Assembly (NCBI RefSeq): GCF_000008365.1
Contig: NC_006908.1
Coordinates: 330,001 to 362,000, forward strand
Reading direction: 5' to 3'
Length of the DNA stretch: 32,000 nucleotides
From: Mycoplasma mobile 163K
Lineage (GTDB): Bacteria > Bacillota_I > Bacilli_A > Mycoplasmatales > Metamycoplasmataceae
The notes under the pieces: model-generated
The model's input: only the letters and a program-made list of their open reading frames with translations
The model's database searches: none
What the model was told of the DNA's origin: nothing
Position numbers and translations under genes: made by a program
In this document: positions 1 through 15,074 of the stretch, in pieces
Layout: every line of letters starts with the position of its first letter
How positions within the stretch are numbered: the stretch's first letter is position 1

Positions 1-539
1 GAAGTGTAAGGGTTAAATTAGATGAATTTTTTGATTTTGAAAAAAAAGATTTTGCTTTTACTTGAGTAATAAATTGACCTTTATATGAATTTGATAAAGA
101 AGTAAATAAATTCCAAGCAGCTCATCATCCTTTTACAATGCCACAATTAGAATATTTAGATAATTTTGACAAAAAACCAATGGAAGCTAAATCAAGAGCT
201 TATGATATTGTTTTAAATGGTTATGAAGTTGGCGGAGGTTCAATTAGAATTAATGATTTAGAAATTCAAAAAAGAATGTTTAGAACCTTAGGACTATCAG
301 AAAAACAAATTGAAGAACAATTTGACTTTTTTCTAACAGCATTTAAATATGGATTTCCGCCTCATGGAGGAATTGCTTTAGGAATCGATAGATTACTTTC
401 AATTTTGACTAATTCTACTTCTATTAGAGATGTAATAGCTTTTCCTAAAAATTCAAAAGGAATTGATCCATTTACTAAAGCTCCAAGTAAATTAGAAAAT
501 GAATTATTAAAAGAATACGGAATAATAATCAAAGAATAA
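1..539 (+). CDS. aspS: aspartate--tRNA ligase, C-terminal part (5' end lies outside the window)
   Basis: Frame 3 is open from the window edge through in-frame TGA codons. It contains 'AAHHPFTMP' and the class II motif-3 region '[33 protein letters not shown]'. Stop TAA at 537-539. Confidence 0.9.
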
Positions 540-540
540 T

Positions 541-1776
541 ATGAAAAAAGAAAAGACAATTTTTCATATTGATGCTGATTCATTTTTTGTCAATTCTATT
601 ATTACAATAAGACCCGAATTAAAAGGAAAAGAAGTCGCTGTAAGTTCGACTAAAAGTTCTTCGATTGTTTCATCTTTAAGTTATGAAGCAAAACAAAAAG
701 GTGCAAAAGTACCTATGCAAATGCGTGAAGTAAGAAAATATTGCCCAAATATTATTACAGTCTTACCAAATTTCAAGCTTTTTTCGATTATTTCAAATAA
801 AATTTTTGATTATTTAGCAAAAAATTTCACAAAAAAATTAGAAATAGCATCAATTGATGAATGTTATTTGGATGTAACAGATATTTTACATAACTACGAA
901 AATAAATATAATCTTGCAAGAAAAATGCAAGAAGGTGTTTATAAATATACAAAAATTCCAATTTCAATAGGTATAAGTCATAACAAATTTTTAGCTAAAA
1001 TGGCCTCTCCTCTAGCAAAACCTAATGGAATTGCACATCTAGATAAAAATAATTTTAAAGAAATTTTATTCCCTATGAAAATTTCTAAATTCTATGGAAT
1101 AGGTAAATCTAGTATTGAAAAATTAAATTCAATTGATGTCAATTTCATAAAAGATTTATTAGATGAATCTAAAGAAGCATCTTTTAAAAGAATTTTCAAA
1201 AATAGATGAATTGATATTAAAAATAATTTAAATGGAAATGGTTCTATTGAATTAGATTTAGAACATAATGATGTAAAAGAAATGGGAAAAGAAAAAACTT
1301 TTTTTGAACAAAGTATCGATGATAGAAACATTATTTTAAAAGAATTAGAAAAACTAAGTGAAATTGTTTCACATAATGCAAAGCAAAGATTTAATGCAGG
1401 TTATGTAATAAAAGTTAAAATTAAATATTATAATTTAAGCGTTGTTAGTATGCAAGTTTCTTTACCTTTTGCAATTAATGATGCAGATGAGATTTTTAAA
1501 AATGCAATTTCTTTATTTGATAAACTTTGAGATGAAAAAGCCATAAAATTAATTGGCATAAAATTAGGAAAACTAGTTAATTTATTTGAAGAAAAAACTC
1601 AAATATCTTTATTTGAAGAAAAAATAATGAATAATTCTAAAATTGATAATCTTATAAATGATTTTAATACCAATTTTAATTCAAGACTAATTTATAAAGC
1701 AAGTAATTTTCCAAAAAAAGAATCAATTAAAAAAATCCAAACAAGATTTTTAGAAAGTGATATGCATAAAAAATAA
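541..1776 (+). CDS. dinB: Y-family DNA polymerase IV
   Basis: Track ORFs 541-1209 and 1282-1530 are in one frame, joined by TGA codons. Motifs: 'IFHIDADSFFVN', 'IASIDECYLDVT', 'SIGISHNKFLAKMASPLAKPNG'. True stop TAA at 1774-1776. Confidence 0.88.
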
Positions 1777-1812
1777 TTACTACTAAATAAAATAATAATG
1801 TAATATTTAAAT

Positions 1813-2895
1813 ATGAATAAAATTGGAATCTTCGGGGGAAGTTTTGACCCTATTCACATAGCCCATACTTTTGTTGCAGAAGAATCTATCAAAATTTTAA
1901 ATCTTGATAAATTGTTTTTTGTTCCAACTTTTATTAATCCAGATAAAATTGGAAGAAAAAGTGCGAGCCCTGAAGATAGAATTAACATGATTAATCTAGT
2001 TAAACCTGAAAAAAGTGAAGTTTCTCTATTTGAAATAAATAGAAAAAATATTAGTTATTCCATTGATACTTTAAAATATTTTAAATCTAAATATCCAAAT
2101 GATCAACTTTTTTTCATTATTGGCAGTGATAATATCAACAAAATAAATAAATGAGAAGGAATTGATTGAATTTATCAAAATGTACAAATAGTTGTTTTTA
2201 GAAGAGAAAAACTTATTAATAAAATTAACATAAAAAAATATAAGGCCATTTTATTAGATAATAAAATCTTAGATTATTCTTCTTCTAATTATAAAAAAGG
2301 AAATACATTTTTAGTTGATAAAAAAGTTCAATGTTACATCGGGAAAAATCTTTTATATGGCCAAGATATTGCTATTAATAATTTAGAAGCAAAAAGATAC
2401 AAACACTCAGTTGCAACAGAAGTTATGGCAACAAAAATAGCAAAAAAACTAAATTTTGACTTAAAGGCAGCTGCCTTTAGTGGTTTGATGCATGATATTA
2501 CAAAGAATTGAGACATTGAAGAACATTACAAATTTTTAGAAGAACAAAATTATCCAAATTTTAATAAAGTAGAAAAGCACAAATTACATCAAATAAGTGC
2601 TTCTATTTGATTAAAAAATATTTTTCTTGTTGAAAATGAGCAAATTATAAATTCAATTGGATGCCATACAACTTTAAAAAATGATTTATCCCTATTAGAT
2701 AAAATTGTTTTTGTTGCAGACAAAATTTGTGAAGGAAGAAAATATGAAGGAATTCAAAAAGTAAGAAAACTTGCATTAGAAAATTTTGATGAAGCTTTTA
2801 AACTTGTTGTGAAACGAACATGAGATTTTAATCTTGAAAAAAATATTCCTTTATCTGAAGAACAAATAAATATTTATAGAAAGTGATCTCAATAA
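1813..2895 (+). CDS. nadD: nicotinate-nucleotide adenylyltransferase fused to a YqeK-type HD-domain hydrolase
   Basis: N-terminal 'IGIFGGSFDPIHIAHTF' is the NadD (H/T)xxH nucleotidyltransferase motif. The same frame continues through TGA codons into an HD domain ('RYKHSVATEVMATKIA...FSGLMHDITKNW'). Stop TAA at 2893-2895. About 360 aa. Confidence 0.85.
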
Positions 2896-3572
2896 TGATT
2901 TATGGTTTAGTTTATGCAGATAATAATGAATTTCATGAATTATATAATTGGGAATTAATTGAAACAAAAATAATTAATTCTTACACATTTAAAATTTTTA
3001 AAAAATTAGATACTCAAATTATTTTACTTGAAACTAAAATTGGTCTAATGAATGCATCTTTGGCATTAGTCACACTTTTGGAAAATTTTCAAATTAATTT
3101 CATCATAAATTACGGAGCAGTTGGTGCTCTTAAACAAAATTTCAAACTATATGAAGTTGTAATTCCTAGGAAAGTTTATTTTTTAGATGTAATTACACCT
3201 TGATATGAACCAGGTCAATTCCCTAATGAGAAAAGTCATTTTAACAACAATTTAAAAAATTGAAAAAATTGAAAAACAATCGATTTAGCTTCTTCAATGG
3301 GTTTTCAATTTGGAATTGATAAAGTAAAAGAGATTAAAAAAAATTTTCCAACTGTTTCAATTTTTGATATGGAATGTGCAGCACTTGTTTTTATTGCAAA
3401 TAAATACAAAAAAGAAATTTTTATATTTAAGGGCATTAGTGATTTTATTAATGAAAATAATGTTTTAATTAAAGACATTAATGAAAACATTAAAAAAGCT
3501 TCACTTTTTGCTTTAAATGAAGCTTTAGAATACATTAATTTTTTAGACAATACTAATAATCATGCTAATTAG
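2895..3572 (+). CDS. mtnN: 5'-methylthioadenosine/S-adenosylhomocysteine nucleosidase
   Basis: ATG at 2895 overlaps the nadD stop (TAATG). Track ORFs 2883-3203 and 3297-3572 share one frame via TGA codons. Pfs-like strings: 'ETKIGLMNASLALVTLLENF', 'FDMECAALVFIANKY', 'KGISDFINE'. Confidence 0.75.
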
Positions 3573-4424
3573 TGTTGGAATAAAAAAAGATAATGGATAA
3601 GCTAAATAAAAGCTATATTTGACGATTGAAGTTGATTTTTCCTTTTTGGCTTTGAAAAATAAAATAAAAGGAATCGCAAATAAAGCATAAATTTGAAATT
3701 TATTTGAAAAATCATAAATTCCTCTTTTTGAAATTGTAGATAAAATTGGAATTGAACTATTAGATAGACTTAGTCAAAGATAACTTACATTTACTCAAAT
3801 AAGTGTAAGAGATATTAAAATAATTATTGCAAATAATTTTGAAATTAAAAAACTATATTTTGTTTTTAAATTTTTTGTAAATTCGAAACTAAAGAAAAAT
3901 CCTATTATTAAATAAAAACCATATCAACCATAATCTACATCAATCGGAGAGGAAAATTCTGGTACATCATTTAAAATCAAAAATATACTTATTAAAATAA
4001 GATATGGAATAGATCATATTTTCTTATATTTGTAAATATAAATAAATCCAGCACCTGTTGATAAATTAAAAAAAATATTAACATATCCTTTACCAAGATT
4101 TGTATTTGAAATAAGAAGAAAAATTGTAATAGGGATTTGTAGAATAATGAAATAAATTAGTAATCTAAATAAATATTTTTTTCGATTACTTGTATAATTC
4201 ATTCCAATTGCAATTAAAAATGCAAATAGAGGCATTGAAATTCTTCCTAGTATTCTTAAAATGTCATTTTGAGGAAAAACAATAAGCCCAAAATGGTCCA
4301 CAAACATAAAAACAACAGCAATTATTTTTAAAGCAATTCCGCCTAAAAATTTAATAGAAATATTATTATCTATAAAATTTTTATTTCACATTCATTTTTT
4401 TGGATTTTGAATACATTTTTTCAT
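3543..4424 (-). CDS. TraX-family integral membrane protein
   Basis: Start ATG is the complement of 4422-4424 (MKKCIQNPKKWMWNK...). Track ORF 4014-4307 extends through TGA codons to TAA (complement of 3543-3545). TraX-like pattern 'LKIIAVVFMFVDHFG...ILGRISMPLFAFLIAIGMNYTSNRKKY'. Hydrophobic throughout. Confidence 0.55.
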
Positions 4425-4454
4425 AATATATATTTTAATCTAATATCCAAATTT

Positions 4455-4460
4455 TATAAT
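4455..4460 (+). promoter_or_regulatory. candidate -10 box (TATAAT) for tpx, with RBS AAAGGAG at 4483-4489
   Basis: A perfect TATAAT lies 35 nt upstream of the tpx ATG. A strong Shine-Dalgarno sequence lies 5-6 nt before the ATG. The -35 element is weak. Confidence 0.3.
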
Positions 4461-4494
4461 ATAATTAAATCATAATATATAAAAAGGAGTTATT

Positions 4495-4992
4495 ATGAAA
4501 AGAACAGTAATGTTTTCAGACAAAGAATTTGAATTAGTTGGTCCACAATTAAAATTAGGAGACAAAGTTACATTCAAGGCAACTTCAAAAACATTGGAAT
4601 CAGTAACAATTGATAAATTAGAAAAAATTACAGTACTTACTATTTTTCCCTCAATTAGTACTTCTATTTGTGATGTTCAAACAAGCGAAATGTCAAAAAT
4701 TGCTAGCGAATTTACAAATTTTAATTTTGTTGCAATTTCATTAGATTTACCATTTACATTAAAAGAATGATGTGGTACTAAAAATGTAAAAAACATTGAA
4801 GTCTTAAGTGATTACAGAGAAAGAGAATTCGGAAAAAAATACGGATTTTTAATTGATGATTTATTTTTATTAAGTAGAGGAACTATTGTTTTAGATAAAT
4901 CAAATAAAGTAATTTATATTGAGCAATTAAAACAAGTAAAAACTCAAATTGATTTTGAAAAATTGAGAAATTTCTTAAAAACAATTAAATAA
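4495..4992 (+). CDS. tpx: thiol peroxidase (atypical 2-Cys peroxiredoxin)
   Basis: 'FPSISTSICDVQT' carries the peroxidatic Cys context. Also 'VAISLDLPFTLKEWCG' (W = TGA) and 'VLSDYREREFGKKYGFLI'. Stop TAA at 4990-4992. Confidence 0.85.
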
Positions 4993-4996
4993 TTAA

Positions 4997-5031
4997 ATAA
5001 AAAACAAAGAATTTAAATTCTTTGTTTTTTA
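4997..5031. terminator. bidirectional rho-independent terminator between the convergent tpx and helicase genes
   Basis: Perfect palindrome ACAAAGAATTT/AAATTCTTTGT, flanked by an A-run on one side and a T-run on the other. Confidence 0.7.
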
Positions 5032-5047
5032 TTTATAAAATTATTAA

Positions 5048-6721
5048 TTAATCAAGATTTTTTTTACGAAAAGTTGGTCTAGAACTTTTTTTCTCTTTGA
5101 AAGAAGGTTTGAATTGACCATCTGCATTAGTGCTAAAAGCTCTTGTTCTTTTAAATTCACCACTAGGTCTTTCAGGTCTAATTGGTTTTTCATTTTTTGA
5201 ACTATCAAAATTTCTTTCAGAACTAAAAGATCTTTCTCTTCTAGATGAATCTGAACTTGATCTTTCGGATCTAATTGATTTTTCATTTTTTGAACTATCA
5301 AAATTTCTTTCAGAACTAAAAGATCTTTCTCTTCTAGGTGAATCTGAACTTGATCTTTCGGATCTAATTGGTTTTTCGTTTTTTGAACTATCAAAATTTC
5401 TTTCGGAATTAAAAGATCTTTCTCTTCTAAAATTACCTGATTTATTTTCTGGTCTACGTGATCTATCACTTGAACTAGAAAAACTTGACCTTGAATCTCT
5501 TCTATATGAACTTCTATCACTTCTTCTATCTGAAGATCTTTCAGATTTATTGTGAATATTTAAAGTAAAATCACTAATTTCAATTACATCTTCAATAATT
5601 TGGATTTGTTTTTTAGGGATTTCCATTTTAATTTCTTTTTCCACTTTTGCTAATAAGAAAAAATCTCTTTTAGAGAAAAATGAAATTGCTTTTCCAACTT
5701 TGGAAGCTCTTCCTGTTCTTCCTACTCTATGTGTATAAATTTCAGGATCTTCTGGAATATTTAAATTGAAAACATGAGAAATATCATCAATATCAATTCC
5801 TCTAGAAGCAACATCAGTCGCAACTAAAATTTGAATTTTTCCTTCTTTAAAACTTCTTAAAATTCTGCTTCTACTTGCTTGGGTTTTATCTCCATGCAAT
5901 GAATCAATTTTTAATTTCATTTTGCTTAAAAGATTTTCAACATTATCAGCATCTCTTTTAGTTTTTACAAAAACAATTGCAGAATAAATTTTTTCTTCTT
6001 TTAGCATTTGTTGCAATAGTTCAACAGGTTTAGAACTTGTGTAAAAATATGCAAGGTGTTCAATATTTTGTAATGGTTTTGCAAAAGATTCAGTTTGAAT
6101 AAGTTCGAATTTTCCCATAAAATCTTCTACAAGATTCATAATTGCTTTTGGCATTGTTGCTGAAAAAAGCATAACTTGCTTCTCTTCTTTTGTTCTTTTT
6201 AAAATCTCTTTAACATCATCAATAAATCCCATATCAACCATTAAATCAGCTTCATCAAGAACAACTGTATCAACTTGTGATAAGCTTAATTTTCCGCTTT
6301 TAATATAATCTAATAATCTTCCAGGAGTAGCAACAATAATATCTAATCCCCTTTTAAAAATACTAAAATGAGATTCTCTATTTCTCATCCCACCATAAAT
6401 AGCTAGAGATGTAATAGGTAAATTTGATGAAAATAATTTAATGTTTTCATTAACCTGAACTGATAATTCTCTTGTTGGAACTAAAATCAAAGTAGTTAAA
6501 CTAGATTTTGCATTGTTTTTTTTGTTTTTTAAAATTTTATTAATAATTGAAACACCAAATGCTGCTGTTTTTCCTGTTCCAGTTTGTGCACAACCTAAAA
6601 TATTTTGGTTTTTGTTCGCTGTACTTATAACCAATTCTTGGATCTGCGTTGGCGCTTCAAATCCAATCTTTTTTAAATTATTGATGATCTTATCATCAAT
6701 ATCTAATTCTTGAAATTTCAT
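5048..6721 (-). CDS. DEAD-box ATP-dependent RNA helicase with a repetitive Arg/Ser-rich C-terminal tail
   Basis: Single intact 557-aa ORF. Motifs: 'AQTGTGKT', 'PTRELS', 'VLDEADLMVDMGF', 'SAT', 'ARGIDI', 'HRVGRTGRA'. Confidence 0.93.
   Translation of the reverse strand: MKFQELDIDDKIINNLKKIGFEAPTQIQELVISTANKNQNILGCAQTGTGKTAAFGVSIINKILKNKKNNAKSSLTTLILVPTRELSVQVNENIKLFSSNLPITSLAIYGGMRNRESHFSIFKRGLDIIVATPGRLLDYIKSGKLSLSQVDTVVLDEADLMVDMGFIDDVKEILKRTKEEKQVMLFSATMPKAIMNLVEDFMGKFELIQTESFAKPLQNIEHLAYFYTSSKPVELLQQMLKEEKIYSAIVFVKTKRDADNVENLLSKMKLKIDSLHGDKTQASRSRILRSFKEGKIQILVATDVASRGIDIDDISHVFNLNIPEDPEIYTHRVGRTGRASKVGKAISFFSKRDFFLLAKVEKEIKMEIPKKQIQIIEDVIEISDFTLNIHNKSERSSDRRSDRSSYRRDSRSSFSSSSDRSRRPENKSGNFRRERSFNSERNFDSSKNEKPIRSERSSSDSPRRERSFSSERNFDSSKNEKSIRSERSSSDSSRRERSFSSERNFDSSKNEKPIRPERPSGEFKRTRAFSTNADGQFKPSFKEKKSSRPTFRKKNLD
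5165..5445 (-). repeat. tandem repeat, 93 bp x 3, in frame within the helicase 3' region
   Basis: 'GAACTATCAAAATTTCTTTC' recurs at 5199, 5292 and 5385, a period of 93 bp (31 aa). It encodes RRERSF(N/S)SERNFDSSKNEK(P/S)IRSERSSSDS(P/S). Confidence 0.9.
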
Positions 6722-7008
6722 TTTTCTCGTTTCTTTTAATATATTTATTATTGTCTATTTTATTTTTTAGTCTGCAAAACATATTCAATATTTTTTTACA
6801 CTTAAATATATCACAACATATCATCATTAAAGTTATTATTAAAGCGATACATTTTTTTAACTATAACATAAACAAACTTAATTTTCCAAAAATCTCAATT
6901 ATTATAAAATTTATCTATTCAAAAGTTGATAACACAAAATTTGAAAATATTTTACTTTTTTTAGAAAAATATTTTTTTAATGATAGAATAAAAGGACTAA
7001 CCTATATA

Positions 7009-7038
7009 TTGTCTTATAGATTAAAATATTTCTATAAT
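7009..7038 (+). promoter_or_regulatory. candidate sigma-70 promoter for rpoBC (TTGTCT - 18 nt - TATAAT)
   Basis: -35-like TTGTCT at 7009-7014 and a perfect TATAAT at 7033-7038, about 40 nt upstream of the rpoB ATG. RBS AGGAG at 7067-7071. In DNA this AT-rich such matches are common by chance. Confidence 0.3.
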
Positions 7039-7076
7039 TCAATATTTTTATATTTTAGCAAAATTCAGGAGTATCG

Positions 7077-10000
7077 ATGATAAAACACAAATTAAGAAAA
7101 TTCGGACCAGTTACAGAAAGAAGAGACTATTCACAAACAAATAGAACATGAGAAACATTTGATTTTTTAGAAACTCAAAAAAAATCTTTTAAATGATTTA
7201 TTGATGAAGGAATCAATCAAGCTTTAAATGACATTTATCCAATCCATTCAAATAATGGAAAAGTTATAATTGAATATGTAAATAATTCAGCAAAACTTGA
7301 ATACAAAACAGACAATGAATACAAAATTTTAGCAGAAGCAAGACAAAAAGGTACTACTTATAGTGGTATTTTAAAAGCAAAATTAACTAAAACTATTGTT
7401 GAAACAGGAGAAATTGAAACTGCAGAAGTTTTATATGGTGATGTTCCGATTATGACTTCAGGAGGAACTTTTTTAATTAATGGTAGTGAAAAAATTATTG
7501 TTTCACAATTAATTAGATCTCCAGGAGCTTATTTTGGTCTTAAAGTAAGAAATAAACAAGCTGATGATCTATTTAATAAATTAGAAATTATTCCTAAATT
7601 AGGTTCTTGAATTGAAATTTCTCACAGAGTTACAGGAAACACAACAGATACAGTTAAAGTAAAAATTGACAAACATAAAGCTGTTTCTCTAGTAACTTTT
7701 TTAAGAGCAATGGGAATGAAAAAAGAAACTATTCAAAATTTATTTGGTAGTCATAGTACTTTAGAAGGTGAAAACCCTATTTTAAAAGAGACTTTAAATA
7801 AAGAAAAATTCAAAACAGAAGATGATGCTTTGGAATATTTATATAGTGTAATTTGAAGAGGGAACAACAGAATTACTGCTGAATCAAAATCAAATTTATT
7901 ATCAAATATTTTATTTAATCCAAGAAGATATAATCTATCCAAAACAGGTAGATATATGCTTAATAGAAAATTAAGTTTAGTAGATAGAATTATTGGAACT
8001 TATTTAGCAGAAGATTTATTTTCTGCTAAAGGAACAAAAAATGCAAAACTAGTTTTTGCCAAAGGAACTTTAATTACTAGAGAAATCGCTGAAAAAATTC
8101 AAGATAGTTTTAAAAATAATATTTTTAATTTAATTCCAATTCCAGATGTGAGTTCAGATATTTATGCTGCACAATTAGAAACAAACCCAAAATTAGCTGA
8201 AAGAATTAGAGTTATTTCATTAAATATTTATCCAAATAAAACATGAATGGAGCAAAATACAAATCCGATTATTGTTATTGCTAATGATCCTAATTCTACA
8301 GAATTACATTTACTTGCAAGTGATCTTGTTGCAATTGTTTCATATTACTTTAATTTAGTTGATCGTGTTGGTCAAGATGATGACCCTGATTCTTTAATTA
8401 ATAAAAGAATTGTTGGAGTCGGTGAATTGTTAGAAAATCAATTTAAAATAGGACTTTCAAAATTAGAAAAAAATGCAAAAGAAAGAATGTCTGCTAAAGA
8501 AATTGAAAAAATTACTCCTAAAAACATTACAAATTCAAAACCTGTTTATAATCAATTCAAAACTTTTTTTAACTCTTCTAAACTTTCACAATTTATGGAT
8601 CAAGTCAATCCTTTAGCTGAAATTAGCAATAAAAGAAGAGTAACTTCACTTGGACCAGGTGGACTTAATCGTGAAACCGCTCAATTTGAAGTACGGGATG
8701 TTCATTCAACTCACTATGGAAGAATTTGTCCAATTGAAACACCAGAAGGACCAAATATTGGACTAATTTTAAACTTTGCAACTTATGCAAAAGTTAATGA
8801 TTTTGGATTTATTCAATCTCCATACTTTAAAGTAAATGATGGAATCATTGATTATGAAAAACCTATTTTTCTAACTGCTGCAGAAGAAATTGATAAGAAA
8901 TTTGCTCAATCAACTGTAAGTGTTGATAAAGATGGAAAAATTACAACTCAAAATATTACTGTAAGACAGAATCATGATTATTTAATTGTTTCACCAAGTG
9001 AAGTTGATTATATTGATATCAGTAGTAAACAAATGACTTCAATTGCAGCAGCAGCAATTCCTTTCTTGGAAAATAATGATGCCAATAGAGCACTTATGGG
9101 TTCAAACATGCAAAGACAAGCAATTCCTCTTCTTGAAGCTGAAGCTCCTTTAGTTGCAACTGGAATTGAAGCAGATATTGCTAAATTTTCAGTTTCCAAT
9201 TTAATTGTAAAAGAAGAAGGTGAAGTTTCTTATGTTGATGGAACTAAAATTAAAGTTAAATCAAAAAACGACAAATCTAAAACTTATTACTTAAAAAACT
9301 TCGAACATTCAAATCAAGGAACTCTATTATCGCAAAAGCCAATTGTAAAACTTGGAGATAAAGTCGAAATAGGAGATTTATTAACAGATGCTTCTTCATT
9401 TAAAGATGGAGAAATGGCTCTAGGTAAAAATGTTATGATTGCTTTTTCAACTTGAAATGGTTATAACTATGAAGATGCGATTGTTATTAGTGAAAGATTA
9501 GTAAAAGATGATGTCTTTACTTCTGTTCATATTGAAGATCAAACAATTCAATTTAGAACTTCAAAAGCTGGTAGTGATAAATTAACTAGAGAAATTCCAA
9601 ATGTATCTAATTTTTCAAAAAGAAATTTAGATGAAGAAGGAATTGTTAAAGTTGGTTCTGAAGTTGTTGCTGGAGATATTTTAGTAGGACGTGTTTCGCC
9701 AAAAGGTGAAGAAAATCCAAGTCCTGAAGAAAAATTACTTGCTGCTATTTTCCAAAAAAAACCTTCAACAGATAAAGACACTTCTTTAAAAGTAAAACAC
9801 GGACATGCTGGAACTGTTTTAGATGTTCAAGTTCTTTCAAGAGCTTCAGGTGATGTACTTGAAGATAGTGTTGAAAAAATTGTTAAAGTTTCAATTGCTC
9901 AAAAAAGAAAAATCAAAGTTGGAGATAAAATGGCAGGACGTCATGGAAATAAAGGGGTTATTTCTATTGTTGCTCCTGTTGAAGACATGCCACATCTAGA

Positions 10001-10635
10001 AGATGGAACTGTTATTGATATTATTTTAAATCCTCAAGGTGTTCCTTCAAGAATGAACATTGGTCAAGTTTTAGAATTACACTTAGGTATGGCCGCTAAA
10101 ACTTTATCAACTAAATTTGTTTCTCCAGGTTTTGATGGATTAAAATTTGGAACGATTCAAGAAATTTTAAAAGAAGCAAAATTGCCTGAAAATGGTAAAT
10201 TTACTTTAATAGATCCAATGACAGGTGAAAAATTTGATAATAAAGTAAGTGTTGGAATTATGTATATGTTAAAACTTTCACATATGGTTGATGACAAGAT
10301 GCACGCAAGAAGCATAGGACCATATTCTTTGATTACTCAACAACCTCTTGGAGGAAAATCTCAAAATGGTGGGCAAAGATTTGGAGAGATGGAAACTTGA
10401 GCTTTAGAAGCTCATGGAGCTTCAAATATCTTACAAGAAATCTTGACTTATAAATCAGATAATATTGAAGGTAGAAAAGGATTATATAATTCTTTAGCAA
10501 CTGGAAATAAAATTCCTGCTCCTGGAACTCCTGAATCATTCAATGTTCTTTCATATGAATTAAGAGGATTAAGTATTAAATTAGAATCTCAAGCTCATTT
10601 TAAAAATGCACAAATAGTAAAAGAGGTAATGGATA

Positions 10636-10643
<8 letters not shown>
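7077..10643 (+). CDS. rpoB: DNA-directed RNA polymerase subunit beta
   Basis: ATG at 7077 follows AGGAG. The N-terminus '[19 protein letters not shown]' and track ORFs 7956-, 8247-, 9930- and 10443-10643 are all in one frame, joined by TGA codons. Conserved '[12 protein letters not shown]', '[20 protein letters not shown]', 'GGQRFGEME'. Confidence 0.97.
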
Positions 10644-14910
<4,267 letters not shown>

Positions 14911-14917
14911 ATTAATC

Positions 14918-14950
14918 AAAAAAACATAGTTATAACAACTATGTTTTTTT
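14918..14950 (+). terminator. rho-independent terminator after rpoC
   Basis: Stem ACATAGTT (14924-14931) pairs with AACTATGT (14937-14944), with a 5-nt loop, followed by a T7 run. Confidence 0.7.
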
Positions 14951-15074
14951 ATTATTCATATTTTAAATAAAGACAAATGGTTTTTAAAAATTCAAAGCAA
15001 ATAAATTAACATATTTTTAAGAAAATATATAAAATATCAATGTTAAGAATATTTAATAAAAGTCGAAGGAAAAA

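Noticed and set aside
5044-5555. Two long ORFs (158 aa on the - strand, 141 aa on the + strand) with striking internal repeats
   Set aside because: They are alternative-frame and antisense readings of the 93-bp tandem repeat inside the DEAD-box helicase gene. The helicase frame is continuous with conserved motifs, and these ORFs have no independent support.
6751-7080. 109-aa + strand ORF filling the helicase-rpoB intergenic region
   Set aside because: It is a low-complexity Ile/Phe/Asn/Lys translation of AT-rich DNA with no RBS. It runs straight through the candidate rpoB promoter, RBS and start codon. It is far more likely a 355-bp divergent promoter region than a gene.
14911-15074. Mobile-element boundary (att site, IS end, tRNA target) at the left edge of the R-M block, and likewise at 23687-23696 on the right
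   Set aside because: No terminal inverted repeats, flanking direct repeats, tRNA or transposase/integrase remnants are visible. The composition is the same as the flanking core genome.
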